40,344 bases of DNA, taken from the IMG/VR virus record IMGVR_UViG_3300026534_000120, positions 1 through 40,344 of that record. The stretch is one strand, 5' to 3'. Source of the stretch: a virus. Lineage: Duplodnaviria; Caudoviricetes. The translations under genes and the position numbers were made by a program. Shown here piece by piece: positions 8,309-17,296 of the stretch (its first letter is position 1; every line of letters begins with the position of its first letter). The notes beneath the pieces are model-generated. The model was not told the origin of the DNA, ran no database searches, and saw only the letters and a list, made by a program, of their open reading frames with translations.

Positions 8309-8755
8309 ATGAACCGGTACGTGGACGGCTACGAGGCGCTGCGCCAGATGTGCTGGGGCCATGACGCCTACGCCATCGCCTATCACCTGGCGGAGGTGGA
8401 CGGGATCTGGAAGGGCCGCGATCCGGAGCGGGGCGCGGGGCGGGTGCGGTCCTGCCTGTCGCGCGAGAAGAAGGAGTTCTTCCGCATGTCGGAGATCATC
8501 GCGATCACGCGCCTGACGCGCCAGTACGACGCCATCTGGTTCATGTGCGACGAGCTTGGCCTGTCGCGGCCCCAGCCAACGGATGTGGCGGCCCAGGTGG
8601 CGCAGTTGCGCGAGACCATCGACGACGCGGCGCGCCGTCTGGCCGGCGCCAGCGATTCGCTGTCGCGCCTTTCGGGCGATGCGCCGCCGGCGATCCGGGG
8701 ACGCGCGCCGGCGCCCCGGCCGGCTTCGCATTTCCGGTCGGAGACGCGCCATTGA
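8309..8755 (+). CDS. CII-like phage regulatory protein
   Basis: GGAGG RBS; position after cro; helical HTH-like sequence with coiled-coil C-terminus. Confidence 0.6.
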   Translation: MNRYVDGYEALRQMCWGHDAYAIAYHLAEVDGIWKGRDPERGAGRVRSCLSREKKEFFRMSEIIAITRLTRQYDAIWFMCDELGLSRPQPTDVAAQVAQLRETIDDAARRLAGASDSLSRLSGDAPPAIRGRAPAPRPASHFRSETRH

Positions 8756-8937
8756 GGGCGGCCTTCCGCGATCCGGTGTTCGAACAGGTGTTGCGCATGC
8801 AGATCCGGGAGCGGGGCTGCCGGTGCTGCGCACGGCGCGTCGAGCTGGCTTCCGGGGATGTGCGCTGCGGCAACGGCCGGCGCTTTCCATCCTGCCGCGG
8901 CCAGCGCGGCGGTTTCGTGCTGGAGGAGGATGGATGA
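8752..8937 (+). CDS. Small Cys-rich hypothetical protein
   Basis: TTG start overlapping the upstream stop; GCRCC...RC...SC; stop overlaps the start of the next gene. Confidence 0.5.
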   Translation: MRAAFRDPVFEQVLRMQIRERGCRCCARRVELASGDVRCGNGRRFPSCRGQRGGFVLEEDG

Positions 8938-9902
8938 TCACGCAGTGGAACGATGATGAGGATGCGGCGTTGCAGGGACTGCCGCATTTCGCGCAACTGC
9001 TCTATCTGCGCGTGTTGCGTCGATATATGGATTACCGTGATGGCGTCGTCGGACTCAGGCGCAGGATCTCGTATCAGATGATCCGGGAGACGCTTGCCGT
9101 CGAGCGCGACAGGGGCAGCAGGACGCGGGACGATGAGCATGTCAGCCAGAAGAAGATCCGGGTGGCCATGGATCAGTTGACGAAGGCGGGGCTGGTGCAG
9201 TGGCCACAGGCGCGTGAGAAGTTCAGCGCCATGGTCATGCGCCTGCCGATGGCTTCGATCGACCCGAATTTTTGCGAGGGATCGGCAGACATAGGGGAGA
9301 TCTGTCTTCAGGAGGAAGGGCATGAGAAGGGCATGGAAGGAAGGGCACGGGTAGGGCGTGGCGAAAATGTAGTGTTCATGCGGTCTCGCGCGGGTTTTCC
9401 ACAGGCGGGAGGGGCACGAGAGGGGCATGGGAGGAAGGGCATACCTCCGGATCTCCGGATAGATAGACAGATAGATGCGCGATCGTCCCCGAGTTATCCA
9501 CAGCCCGCCGTTTCCAGCGAAACCGGCGGCAAGGCGCCGGACGAGGTGCCGGCCCTGGGAGAGGCGATCGCGATGCTGGTGGATGCGGGGGTGCGTTCCT
9601 CTGCAGCGACGAGCGTGGATCACCGCCTGCTGCTGGCGGATCTGCTGCAGGCGGGGGCGACGCGGGCGATGCTCGCCGAGGCGATTCGCAAGGCGCAGCA
9701 GGCGAAGCAGGGCAGGCCGTGGAGCGTGTTCTATCTCGAGCCCATCGTGCGAGAACTGCTTTCCCCATCCACGACGAACGAGGCCGCGAGGCCGGGAGGT
9801 TCCCATGCCGCACATCAGCTACGCCGCAAAAGCGGCGCAGGATTCATTGCGCAAGGGTTCGAGCAACATTGCCAGGGGACGGCGGAAGGCGAGGAGGGCT
9901 GA
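8934..9902 (+). CDS. Phage replication initiator (O-like)
   Basis: Position; N-terminal LLYLRVLRRYMDY..G.VG..RRISYQ winged-helix-like region; internal iteron-like repeats and DnaA boxes. Confidence 0.7.
   Translation: MITQWNDDEDAALQGLPHFAQLLYLRVLRRYMDYRDGVVGLRRRISYQMIRETLAVERDRGSRTRDDEHVSQKKIRVAMDQLTKAGLVQWPQAREKFSAMVMRLPMASIDPNFCEGSADIGEICLQEEGHEKGMEGRARVGRGENVVFMRSRAGFPQAGGAREGHGRKGIPPDLRIDRQIDARSSPSYPQPAVSSETGGKAPDEVPALGEAIAMLVDAGVRSSAATSVDHRLLLADLLQAGATRAMLAEAIRKAQQAKQGRPWSVFYLEPIVRELLSPSTTNEAARPGGSHAAHQLRRKSGAGFIAQGFEQHCQGTAEGEEG
9316..9502 (+). repeat. Putative replication origin: two imperfect 33-bp direct repeats (9316-9348, 9410-9442), DnaA boxes at 9395-9403 and 9494-9502, GATA tandem at 9458-9476
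   Basis: Six GGGCAY cores; TTTTCCACA and TTATCCACA match TTWTNCACA. Confidence 0.65.
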
Positions 9903-10305
9903 GGTGGACGTGAAGCGCATCCACAAGCTCTTCGCGCGGTTCAACGGGGCCTACGGGCATTCGTGGTCGAGCCGGTTCGCGTCGGAGGCGATGTACGAGC
10001 TGACGGTGCAGGAGTGGGCGCAGGACCTGGCGCATTTCAGCGACGGCGAGCTGGAGGAGGCCTACGCGGAGTGCAAGAAGCGCTACACGCTGGCGCCGAC
10101 GCTGCCGCAGTTCAGAGAGCTGGCGAAGCTAGCGCATTACCGGCGGGGGCGCCATCCGGCGCCGGCGCCCTCCGGGCCGCGCAACGTGGCGCTGGCGCGC
10201 GAGCATCTGGCGCAGATGTACCGGCTGCTGGGGCGCGTGGAACGGGCGCTGGAGGGCGAAGAGCCGATGCCGGGCGCGCAGGACGCGGCGCGGGACGGTT
10301 CGTGA
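9805..10305 (+). CDS. Replication protein P-like helicase loader
   Basis: LFARFNGAYGHSWSSRF...EWAQDL...C.......PTLPQFRELA; GGAGG RBS; follows the O-like gene. Confidence 0.7.
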   Translation: MPHISYAAKAAQDSLRKGSSNIARGRRKARRAEVDVKRIHKLFARFNGAYGHSWSSRFASEAMYELTVQEWAQDLAHFSDGELEEAYAECKKRYTLAPTLPQFRELAKLAHYRRGRHPAPAPSGPRNVALAREHLAQMYRLLGRVERALEGEEPMPGAQDAARDGS

Positions 10306-10340
10306 TCGGGTTTGATCGGGAAACGCGAGAGGAGGCGACG

Positions 10341-10571
10341 ATGTCTGACCAGACGATGCAAGCGCTGCACGAGCTGATGCGGAAAATCCGGCCGTATCTG
10401 GCCATGGCCGGCGAATCGCTGGCCGTCGACCGGCGCGAGGATGCGACGGGCGTGGAGGTGACCTTCGCGCTCGATGAGCGACCGGACGTGCGGCCCGGCC
10501 GGCGCTACGTGATGCTGCTGGTGGAAATCGACGACGACGAGGCCTGCGTGCCGGCCGGGGAGGACGCATGA
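10341..10571 (+). CDS. Hypothetical protein
   Basis: GAGGAGG RBS, GC3 bias. Confidence 0.6.
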   Translation: MSDQTMQALHELMRKIRPYLAMAGESLAVDRREDATGVEVTFALDERPDVRPGRRYVMLLVEIDDDEACVPAGEDA

Positions 10572-10894
10572 GCATCGCGCAGGACGTGTTCGAGGCGTTG
10601 CACTACATGCCGGGGCCGGTGTCGGCGAAGGCGAACGAGGCGGCAGAGACGGGCGCAGGCGGTGCGTGCGAGGCGAAGGTGGTGCCGTTGGCGCACAAGG
10701 ACGGGAAAGCCGCCGAGAACGTCTCTGAGGCGGTCTCGCAAGATTCCGGCCGGGGAGGGTTCATGGTGGTTCTGTGCCGGGGGAAGCTCGACGAGTCGAT
10801 TCGGGATGCGATCGTGCGCCGCGGTTTCCGCATGGCCGGGATCGACTGCTACCACGGGCATTCGGCGTATCACTTCGAGTGCCGGGGAGAGTGA
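10568..10894 (+). CDS. Hypothetical protein
   Basis: ATGA overlap, GGAGG RBS. Confidence 0.55.
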   Translation: MSIAQDVFEALHYMPGPVSAKANEAAETGAGGACEAKVVPLAHKDGKAAENVSEAVSQDSGRGGFMVVLCRGKLDESIRDAIVRRGFRMAGIDCYHGHSAYHFECRGE

Positions 10895-10896
10895 CG

Positions 10897-11382
10897 ATGT
10901 CGGCGCCGGCGGAGTTGGTGGAGCGGTTGGCGAATCCGGTGCGGCTGGTCGCGGACGACGGTCATCCGGAGGTGCCGGGATGGCACTGCGCGGGGATGCC
11001 GGACCACTGGTTCGCGGCGATGCGGATGAAGTGGGCGAACGACTGGTCGGGCGCGAACCTGCTGGAATACCGCCTGTGGATGGCGGCGGTGGACATGGCC
11101 ATCGAGGGTCGCTGGCGCGTGCCGTCCGGCGGGGAGCGCCTGCGGCGCATGGCGGGGCTGGCGATCGCGGAGCTGGCCGATCCGGAACGGTATCGCGCCA
11201 CGGATGCCTGGCAGCTCAAGGCGGCGTGGGTCGGTGTGACGAAGTCGCGCTGGTTCGAGACGTGGCAGCCACGTTACGAGGCGCTATACCGGGTGCTGGA
11301 CGACTGGAGCAACGCGGCCTGGCGGTTCGTGAAGGCGCGCCAGAACGGGATGGTTTCAGCAGACTTGCAAAACCGGGACTGA
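10897..11382 (+). CDS. Q-like late antiterminator
   Basis: C-terminus AAWVGVTKSRWFETWQPRYEALYRVLDDW resembles Q; a promoter/terminator pair follows immediately. Confidence 0.65.
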   Translation: MSAPAELVERLANPVRLVADDGHPEVPGWHCAGMPDHWFAAMRMKWANDWSGANLLEYRLWMAAVDMAIEGRWRVPSGGERLRRMAGLAIAELADPERYRATDAWQLKAAWVGVTKSRWFETWQPRYEALYRVLDDWSNAAWRFVKARQNGMVSADLQNRD

Positions 11383-11404
11383 GCGGCTACGATTTTTCCA
11401 TACT
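11365..11404 (+). promoter_or_regulatory. Late promoter pR' (TTGCAA-17-TACGAT) with a downstream -10-like pause element CATACT
   Basis: Spacing and position at the end of the Q-like gene. Confidence 0.65.
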
Positions 11405-11462
11405 CGGACAAATGCCCCCAGGGCATTTCTCCCCAGCCGGGTATCCGCGCAAATCCATGAAC

Positions 11463-11494
11463 AGAACCCCGCCTCGGCGGGGTTCTTTCGTTTT
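11463..11494 (+). terminator. tR'-like intrinsic terminator
   Basis: AGAACCCCGCC-TC-GGCGGGGTTCT followed by TTCGTTTT. Confidence 0.85.
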
Positions 11495-11505
11495 CGGGAG
11501 ATGAA

Positions 11506-11790
11506 ATGCATCTGGGCGATCCGAGCAACTGGCTGCCGTTCTTCCTGACCGCGGGGTCGAGCCGGCTGAACGTGCAGCGCATCATCGAGGCGGTGATCAT
11601 CGCCGGCATCAGCGGCGGCGTGACGATGTACGGCGCGCAGAAGATGCTGGTGACCCGCCTCGAGAACATGGACCGCAACATCATGCGCCTGGAAAAACGC
11701 CAGGAGCGCATGTTCAACGATCTGTACCGGCCGCGCGTGTCGCCGCTGGAGCAGCGGTGGCAACACCTGGAGCGGTCCGGCGGGCGATGA
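11506..11790 (+). CDS. Small membrane protein (one TM plus coiled coil), first late gene
   Basis: IIEAVIIAGISGGVTMYGA hydrophobic stretch; GGAG RBS. Confidence 0.6.
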   Translation: MHLGDPSNWLPFFLTAGSSRLNVQRIIEAVIIAGISGGVTMYGAQKMLVTRLENMDRNIMRLEKRQERMFNDLYRPRVSPLEQRWQHLERSGGR

Positions 11791-11814
11791 GCGAATTTTT
11801 CCCGGAGAACCACG

Positions 11815-12396
11815 GTGGCGAGACGAAACATCAACGGCCTGACGCCGAAGCAGCAGGTCTTCTGCGATCTGTTTCGCGCCAGCGAGGATCCGTCCGTGCG
11901 GGGCAATGCCAAGGCCTGCTACATGCTGGCCTACGGGGCGTCGGACAAGAGCGCTGAGGCCAACGGGCCGCGCCTGCTGAAGAATCCGCACGTGGCCGAG
12001 TATCTGGCCACCAAGCGGCAGGCGGCGGAGGAGAAGGCCGACGTGAGCGAGGAGCGCATTCTGCGCGAGGTGGCGGCCATCGCGTTCCTGGACCCGGCGG
12101 AGTATTTCGACCCGCACGGCAATCTGTTGCCCATCCACGAGATGCCGGAACGGGCACGCCGGGCTCTGGCCTCGGTGGAGGTGACGACGATGGGCAAGGA
12201 TGCCGAGGCCCTGGTGACGAAGATCCGGAACTGGGACAAGAAGGGCTCCCTCGAACTGCTGATGAAGCACAAGAAGATGCTCACCGACAAGGTGGAGCAC
12301 GGCGGGGAGATCAAGACCGGCGGCGTGCTCGTGGCGCCGGGTGACGTGAGCCTGGACGAATGGCTGAACCAGCATTACGGCAAGAACAAGAAGTAG
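11815..12396 (+). CDS. terS: Terminase small subunit
   Basis: LTPKQQVFC...NAKACYMLAYG...ANGPRLLKNPHV...ILREVAAIAFLDP...DKKGSLELL. Confidence 0.92.
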   Translation: MARRNINGLTPKQQVFCDLFRASEDPSVRGNAKACYMLAYGASDKSAEANGPRLLKNPHVAEYLATKRQAAEEKADVSEERILREVAAIAFLDPAEYFDPHGNLLPIHEMPERARRALASVEVTTMGKDAEALVTKIRNWDKKGSLELLMKHKKMLTDKVEHGGEIKTGGVLVAPGDVSLDEWLNQHYGKNKK

Positions 12397-14609
12397 AAGT
12401 CGTCTGGCAGCCGTTCCCGGGCGGCCAGACGCGCTTTCTGTCCTGCCCGGTGCGGGAGATCTTCGCGGAGGGGAACCGGGGCGGGGGAAAGACCGAAACC
12501 CTGCTCATGAAATACCTGCGCTACGTGGGGACGGGGTTCGGGGCGGCGTGGACGGGGATCATCTTCCGCCGGGAGTACAAGCACCTCGACGACGTGGTGA
12601 AGAAGTGCAAGCGCTGGATCCCGCAAATCTTCCCCGAGGCCCGCTGGCTGAGCGCGAAAAGCGACTACAAGTGGGTGTTCCCCGACGGCGAAGAGCTGTT
12701 CCTGCGAGCGATGAAGGACCCGGACGATTACTGGAACTACCACGGCCACGAGTATCCCTTCATCGCCTGGGAGGAGCTGACCAACTGGCCGAGCAACGAT
12801 TGCTACGAGGTGATGAAGAGCTGCAATCGCTGTTCGGTGAAGGGCGTGCCGCGCTTCTACGTTTCCACGGGAAACCCCTACGGGGCCGGCCACGGCTGGG
12901 TGAAGGAGCATTTCATCGACATCGGGCCGGAAGGGACGGTGGCGACGGACGACCAGGGCAACGCCCGGGTGCGCATCCATGTGGACCTGGAAGACAACCG
13001 GGCGATGATGGAGAACGACCCGGAGTACGTGAAGCAGCTCGACGGGATCGAGAACCCGGAGCTGCGCAAGGCCTGGCGCGAGGGCGACTGGGATATCGTG
13101 GTCGGCGGGTTCCTGCAGGGGATCTGGAACCCGAAGGTGCACGTGGTCGAGCCGTTCGAGATTCCGCTCGACTGGCCGCGCTGGCGGGCCATGGACTGGG
13201 GCTTCGCGGCGCCGTATTCCATCGGCTGGTACGCGATCAGCCCGGAGGGGGTGGTGTACCGCTACCGGGAACTCTACGGCTACGGCGGCAAGGCGGGGGT
13301 GGGCACCCGGGAGTCGGCCACGGAGGTGGCCAGGAAGGTGCTGGCGGCGGAGAAGCGCGAGCGGGATGCCGGGGTGGTGTTCCGGCGCAATCCGGCCGAC
13401 AGCCAGATCTTCGCCAACGACGGGCGCGAGAAGACCATCGAGGAGTATTTCCGCCGCGAGGGCGTGCGCTGGGTGAAGGCCACGAAAGGGCCCGGGTCTC
13501 GCGTGAACGGGGCGCAGGCCATCATCCAGGCGCTGCAGCAGGAGAAGTTCAAGGTCTTCGACACTTGCGTGCACTTCATCCGCACCGTGCCGGTGCTGAT
13601 GCCCGATCCGCACAACTGGGAGGATGTGGATACGGAGATGGAGGACCATTGCTTCGTCGGCGATACGCAGGTGATGACGGACGAAGGGCCTGTGGCCATC
13701 CGGGACCTGGTCGGGCGGTCCGGCAGGGTGGTGTCGGTCGACGGCTTGCGGCGGTTCGCGCATTGCAGGATGACACGCAGGACCGCCAGCGTGGTCACGG
13801 TCAGGTTCGAGGATGGCACGCAGGTGACATGCACGCCTGACCACAGGTTCGTTGGAGTGAACGGGTGGATCGAGGCAAGATATCTGACGGGAAGAAGCGT
13901 GTGCATGTTGTCTCGGACACGATCCAGGAGTTCATGGGCGTCCGATACTACCTGTGCGGGAGATACTTCCAAAGGCGTGGCAGACGGCTTCATCGTGTCG
14001 TATGGGAAGCGCATCGCGGCAAGATTCCTTCGGGCTATCAAATCCATCATGTCGACGGCGACAAGCGCAACAATCAGATCGAGAATCTACAGTGTTTGCC
14101 GATCACCATCCATCAGCGTCATCACGCCAGGGAAAGAAGACTGCACGAGATCGGACGCAAGGCGGGTGCAACCGCCGCTGCGGCAAATTGGCACGGAAGC
14201 GAGGAAGGACGGCGATGGCACCGGGAGCACTACGAGAAGCATTTGCGCGCCATTCACACCGATCGCACGGTGGAAAAACAATGTCAGTTCTGTGGTGCGC
14301 CGTTTTTTACGACCAGGGCAGCGGCCGGACGTGCCATGTATTGCTCGAGACGCTGTGCGGCCGCTGCGGGTCGTCGCCGTAGAGCCGGCAGGCAAGTCTG
14401 ATGTGTATTGCCTGTCCGTGCCGGTGACGCACGCGTTTTCGCTGGCCAACGGGGTTTTGGTCTCGAACTGCTGGGACGAGGCAATGTATTCGCTGCGTTC
14501 CCGGCACAGGGCCTTGCGGCTGGATGAGGAGAACAGGGAACCGAAGCCGGGCACCTACGACTGGCTGATCAAGGTGACGTCGGAGAAACGGCGCACCATT
14601 CGCATCTGA
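12360..14609 (+). CDS. terL: Terminase large subunit precursor containing a 273-aa intein (mature protein about 476 aa)
   Basis: Walker A GNRGGGKT, Walker B IAWEE, TGNP coupling motif, nuclease MDWG; splicing restores EDH|CWDEAMY. Confidence 0.95.
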   Translation: MAEPALRQEQEVEVVWQPFPGGQTRFLSCPVREIFAEGNRGGGKTETLLMKYLRYVGTGFGAAWTGIIFRREYKHLDDVVKKCKRWIPQIFPEARWLSAKSDYKWVFPDGEELFLRAMKDPDDYWNYHGHEYPFIAWEELTNWPSNDCYEVMKSCNRCSVKGVPRFYVSTGNPYGAGHGWVKEHFIDIGPEGTVATDDQGNARVRIHVDLEDNRAMMENDPEYVKQLDGIENPELRKAWREGDWDIVVGGFLQGIWNPKVHVVEPFEIPLDWPRWRAMDWGFAAPYSIGWYAISPEGVVYRYRELYGYGGKAGVGTRESATEVARKVLAAEKRERDAGVVFRRNPADSQIFANDGREKTIEEYFRREGVRWVKATKGPGSRVNGAQAIIQALQQEKFKVFDTCVHFIRTVPVLMPDPHNWEDVDTEMEDHCFVGDTQVMTDEGPVAIRDLVGRSGRVVSVDGLRRFAHCRMTRRTASVVTVRFEDGTQVTCTPDHRFVGVNGWIEARYLTGRSVCMLSRTRSRSSWASDTTCAGDTSKGVADGFIVSYGKRIAARFLRAIKSIMSTATSATIRSRIYSVCRSPSISVITPGKEDCTRSDARRVQPPLRQIGTEARKDGDGTGSTTRSICAPFTPIARWKNNVSSVVRRFLRPGQRPDVPCIARDAVRPLRVVAVEPAGKSDVYCLSVPVTHAFSLANGVLVSNCWDEAMYSLRSRHRALRLDEENREPKPGTYDWLIKVTSEKRRTIRI
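13650..14468 (+). mobile_element. Intein in TerL (Cys1 to Ser-Asn, +1 Cys)
   Basis: Block A CFVGDTQVMTDEG, block B VTCTPDHRF, block F DVYCLSVPVTHAF, block G NGVLVSN/C. Confidence 0.93.
13865..14401 (+). CDS. HNH endonuclease with C-terminal zinc finger, nested out of frame within the intein
   Basis: RLHRVVWEAHRGKIPSGYQIHHVDGDKRNNQIENL...H...H; CQFCG...YCSRRC; GGAG 7 nt upstream of the GTG start. Confidence 0.88.
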   Translation: MDRGKISDGKKRVHVVSDTIQEFMGVRYYLCGRYFQRRGRRLHRVVWEAHRGKIPSGYQIHHVDGDKRNNQIENLQCLPITIHQRHHARERRLHEIGRKAGATAAAANWHGSEEGRRWHREHYEKHLRAIHTDRTVEKQCQFCGAPFFTTRAAAGRAMYCSRRCAAAAGRRRRAGRQV

Positions 14610-14632
14610 CCCGGCTCCGGCCGGGTTTTTTT
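14609..14632 (+). terminator. Intrinsic terminator after terL
   Basis: ACCCGGC-TCCG-GCCGGGT followed by a T run. Confidence 0.8.
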
Positions 14633-14660
14633 CACCGGTGAAAACGACAGGAGAAAGACC

Positions 14661-14960
14661 ATGAGCCTCAATGTGAAGACCATCGCTTCCGCGCAGGGCG
14701 TGGGCAGTTCCGCGGCCGTGCGCATGGATACCACGCCCCACATGGCCAAGGATTCCGGCGTGGCCGTGATCCAGCCGGCCGCCGGCTCTGATCGCAACTG
14801 GGCGCTGGAGAAGTCGGTCGACGATGGCGCCACCTGGACCGCGGTGCTCTCGGGTTCCGGCGCGGCGCTGAAGATCGCCGAGGTGCAGATGGCCGAGCAG
14901 ATGCGCCTGACCGTGTCGGGCGGGACCGCCGGCACCGTCGATGCGCTGGTGATGGCCTGA
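14661..14960 (+). CDS. Small beta-rich putative virion protein (SxDxGxTW motif)
   Basis: AGGAG RBS; resembles the N-terminal part of 25300-25767. Confidence 0.7.
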   Translation: MSLNVKTIASAQGVGSSAAVRMDTTPHMAKDSGVAVIQPAAGSDRNWALEKSVDDGATWTAVLSGSGAALKIAEVQMAEQMRLTVSGGTAGTVDALVMA

Positions 14961-14973
14961 TCGAGGGCATGAC

Positions 14974-16959
14974 GTGAAGGATGCCGCCGACCGCGACCGG
15001 GACGGGATGACGGACGAGCCTGAACGCCGTCCGCATCGCGACCTGGTGCGGCGGTGGAACGGCCGCATCGACGAGGCGAAGAAGGGCAACCGGCGCCTCT
15101 ACGCGCAGATCGAGGAACACCGGCGCTACGTGCGCGGGACCCGCCGCTCGGAGTTGGGCGACGAGGAGCAGGTTCGCACGAATCTGATCTACGCGACGCT
15201 GGCCTCGATGCTGCCGCACATCTATGCGAAGAATCCGGAGATCGCGGTCACGCCCACGGAGGCGGTGGACCCCGCACAGTATCCGGCGGTGAAGGGCTTT
15301 GCGCGCACGCTGGAGATCGTGCTGAACCGCTCGCTCGAGGACGCCAGCCTCAAGAAGCGGGCCAAGGGCGCGGTGCGCTCGGCGATGACCACGAAGCTCG
15401 GCTGGGTGAAGGTGATCTACCAGCGCGACATTCGGACCGATCCGGTCATCCAGGGCCGGATCAACGATGCGCAGGAGAACATCCGGCGGATCGAGTACCT
15501 GATCGAGGCCTGCGAGGACGAGGCGGAGCGCCGGCACAACGAGGCGCTGAAGGCCGAGCTGATCCAGCAGGTGGCGGCGCTCGAGGAGCAGGTGGAGGTG
15601 AGCGCGGCCGAGGGCGTGGTGATCGACCGCCTGCTCACCGAGGACGTGCTCGTCGATCCGAGCATCAAGGATTTCGACTGCTACGCCGACGCGGAGTGGA
15701 TCGCGCACCGGATCTGGTACCGGCCCGACCGCTACGAGGAGGCCTTCGGCAAGGCGGCCGGCAGCAAGGCGAAGCTCTATTCGGCGGACGGCGCAGAGAA
15801 TGCCGGCGCCAAACGCTCGGACGACGACGCCTATCTGGCGGTGTGGGAGATCTGGCACAAGGGGTCGAACACGGTTTACACCCTCTGCGAAGGGGAGGAG
15901 GACTGGGCCAGGGCGCCGTATCGGCCGCAGAAGCTCGGCGAGCAGTGGTATCCGCTGTTCCCGCTGGGGCTGCACTTGGTGGACGGGCAGTTCCTGCCCA
16001 TGTCCACGGTGGAGATGCTCAAGGGCCTGCAGGACGAGTACGAGCAGACCCGGGCCGACTACGCGGAGCTGCGCGCCAAGAACAAGCCGCACTACGTGAC
16101 CAGCTCGGAGACGCCCGAGCGGGACATTCAGCGCAAGGTGGTGGCCGGGATCGGCGAGGTGGTGATCGTGGACGCCAACGGCCGGCCGATCCGCGAGGTG
16201 TTCGACGTGGCGCAGCAGTTGCCCATCGATCCGGCGCAATACGACACCAGCCAGATCCGGGCCGACATGGAGTGGATGTCGGGCCTGGGCGATGCGGCGC
16301 GCGGCTCGGTGATGCGGGCCAAGACCGCGACCGAGGCGGAGATCATGCAGGCTGGCCTGGCGAGCCGCACCACGGAGATGCAGGACGCCATCGAGGACTG
16401 GATCCGGGACATCGCGCAGTACGTGGCCGAAATCCTGCTGCAGGAGCTGACGCCGCCGCAGGTGCAGCGCATGGCCGGGGAAGGCGCGGTCTGGCCGCAG
16501 ATGCGCAAGGACGAGATCTTCGACCTGGTGCAGATCGAGATCCGCGCCGGGACCACCGGCAAGCCGAACAAGATCCAGGAGCAGAAGAACTGGCTGGAGT
16601 TCATGCCGCAACTGCGGGAGCTGATCGCGCAGGTGAGCGAGCTGCGCAAGGCGGGCGATGCGGAGACGGCGGACGCGCTGGTGCGCGTGGCCCGGGAAAC
16701 CATCCGCCGCTTCGACGAGCGCTTCGACGTGGAGGAGTTCCTGCCCCAGGCCGCGCAGGACGGCGGGCAGAACGCGCAGTTGCAGCAGATCCAGCAGCAG
16801 ATGGCGGAGATGCGCAAGCAAATGGAGTTGCTGGATGCGCAGATCCGCAAGACCAATGCCGAGGCGATGAAGTCGGAGGCGGAGGCGGCGGCCACGGCGC
16901 AGGGCGTCGGCATGCCCCTGCCTGCATCGCCGAGGCCCAGTGACGGGATGTTGCCATGA
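14974..16959 (+). CDS. Portal protein
   Basis: 661 aa after terL; RTNLIYA...P.I.V, SGLGDAARG...KTATEAEIMQ; Q-rich C-terminal coil. Confidence 0.88.
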   Translation: MKDAADRDRDGMTDEPERRPHRDLVRRWNGRIDEAKKGNRRLYAQIEEHRRYVRGTRRSELGDEEQVRTNLIYATLASMLPHIYAKNPEIAVTPTEAVDPAQYPAVKGFARTLEIVLNRSLEDASLKKRAKGAVRSAMTTKLGWVKVIYQRDIRTDPVIQGRINDAQENIRRIEYLIEACEDEAERRHNEALKAELIQQVAALEEQVEVSAAEGVVIDRLLTEDVLVDPSIKDFDCYADAEWIAHRIWYRPDRYEEAFGKAAGSKAKLYSADGAENAGAKRSDDDAYLAVWEIWHKGSNTVYTLCEGEEDWARAPYRPQKLGEQWYPLFPLGLHLVDGQFLPMSTVEMLKGLQDEYEQTRADYAELRAKNKPHYVTSSETPERDIQRKVVAGIGEVVIVDANGRPIREVFDVAQQLPIDPAQYDTSQIRADMEWMSGLGDAARGSVMRAKTATEAEIMQAGLASRTTEMQDAIEDWIRDIAQYVAEILLQELTPPQVQRMAGEGAVWPQMRKDEIFDLVQIEIRAGTTGKPNKIQEQKNWLEFMPQLRELIAQVSELRKAGDAETADALVRVARETIRRFDERFDVEEFLPQAAQDGGQNAQLQQIQQQMAEMRKQMELLDAQIRKTNAEAMKSEAEAAATAQGVGMPLPASPRPSDGMLP

Positions 16960-17294
16960 GCCTGGCGCCGCAGACGTTTACCGGATTGCTCGACGAGTTC
17001 GGGAACCTGGTTCCGATCCTGGCCCTGCAACCGACGCACGCGAGCCTGAGCGTGAGCGGTGCGTCGGCGAGGGTGGCCCTGCCCGGCAACGGGGTCGTGT
17101 ACCGCCTGTCGGCCAGCAAGGATTGCTGGCTCCAGTTCGGCGACGCCAATGTGGTGGCGGGCGTCGGCGACATGCTGTTCCTGCAGGGAACAGAAATCGT
17201 GCGCTTGCCGACGGCGGCGACGCACATCGCGGCGATCACGGTGGACGGAACCAGCGCCCAGCTGGGCATCACCGAAATGCTAGGGGAGAACTGA
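16956..17294 (+). CDS. Hypothetical beta-rich virion protein
   Basis: ATGA overlap with the portal gene. Confidence 0.7.
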   Translation: MSLAPQTFTGLLDEFGNLVPILALQPTHASLSVSGASARVALPGNGVVYRLSASKDCWLQFGDANVVAGVGDMLFLQGTEIVRLPTAATHIAAITVDGTSAQLGITEMLGEN

Positions 17295-17296
17295 TC

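Noticed and set aside
13954-14382. Third forward frame also open within the intein (142 aa)
   Set aside because: No motif or convincing RBS; probably incidental
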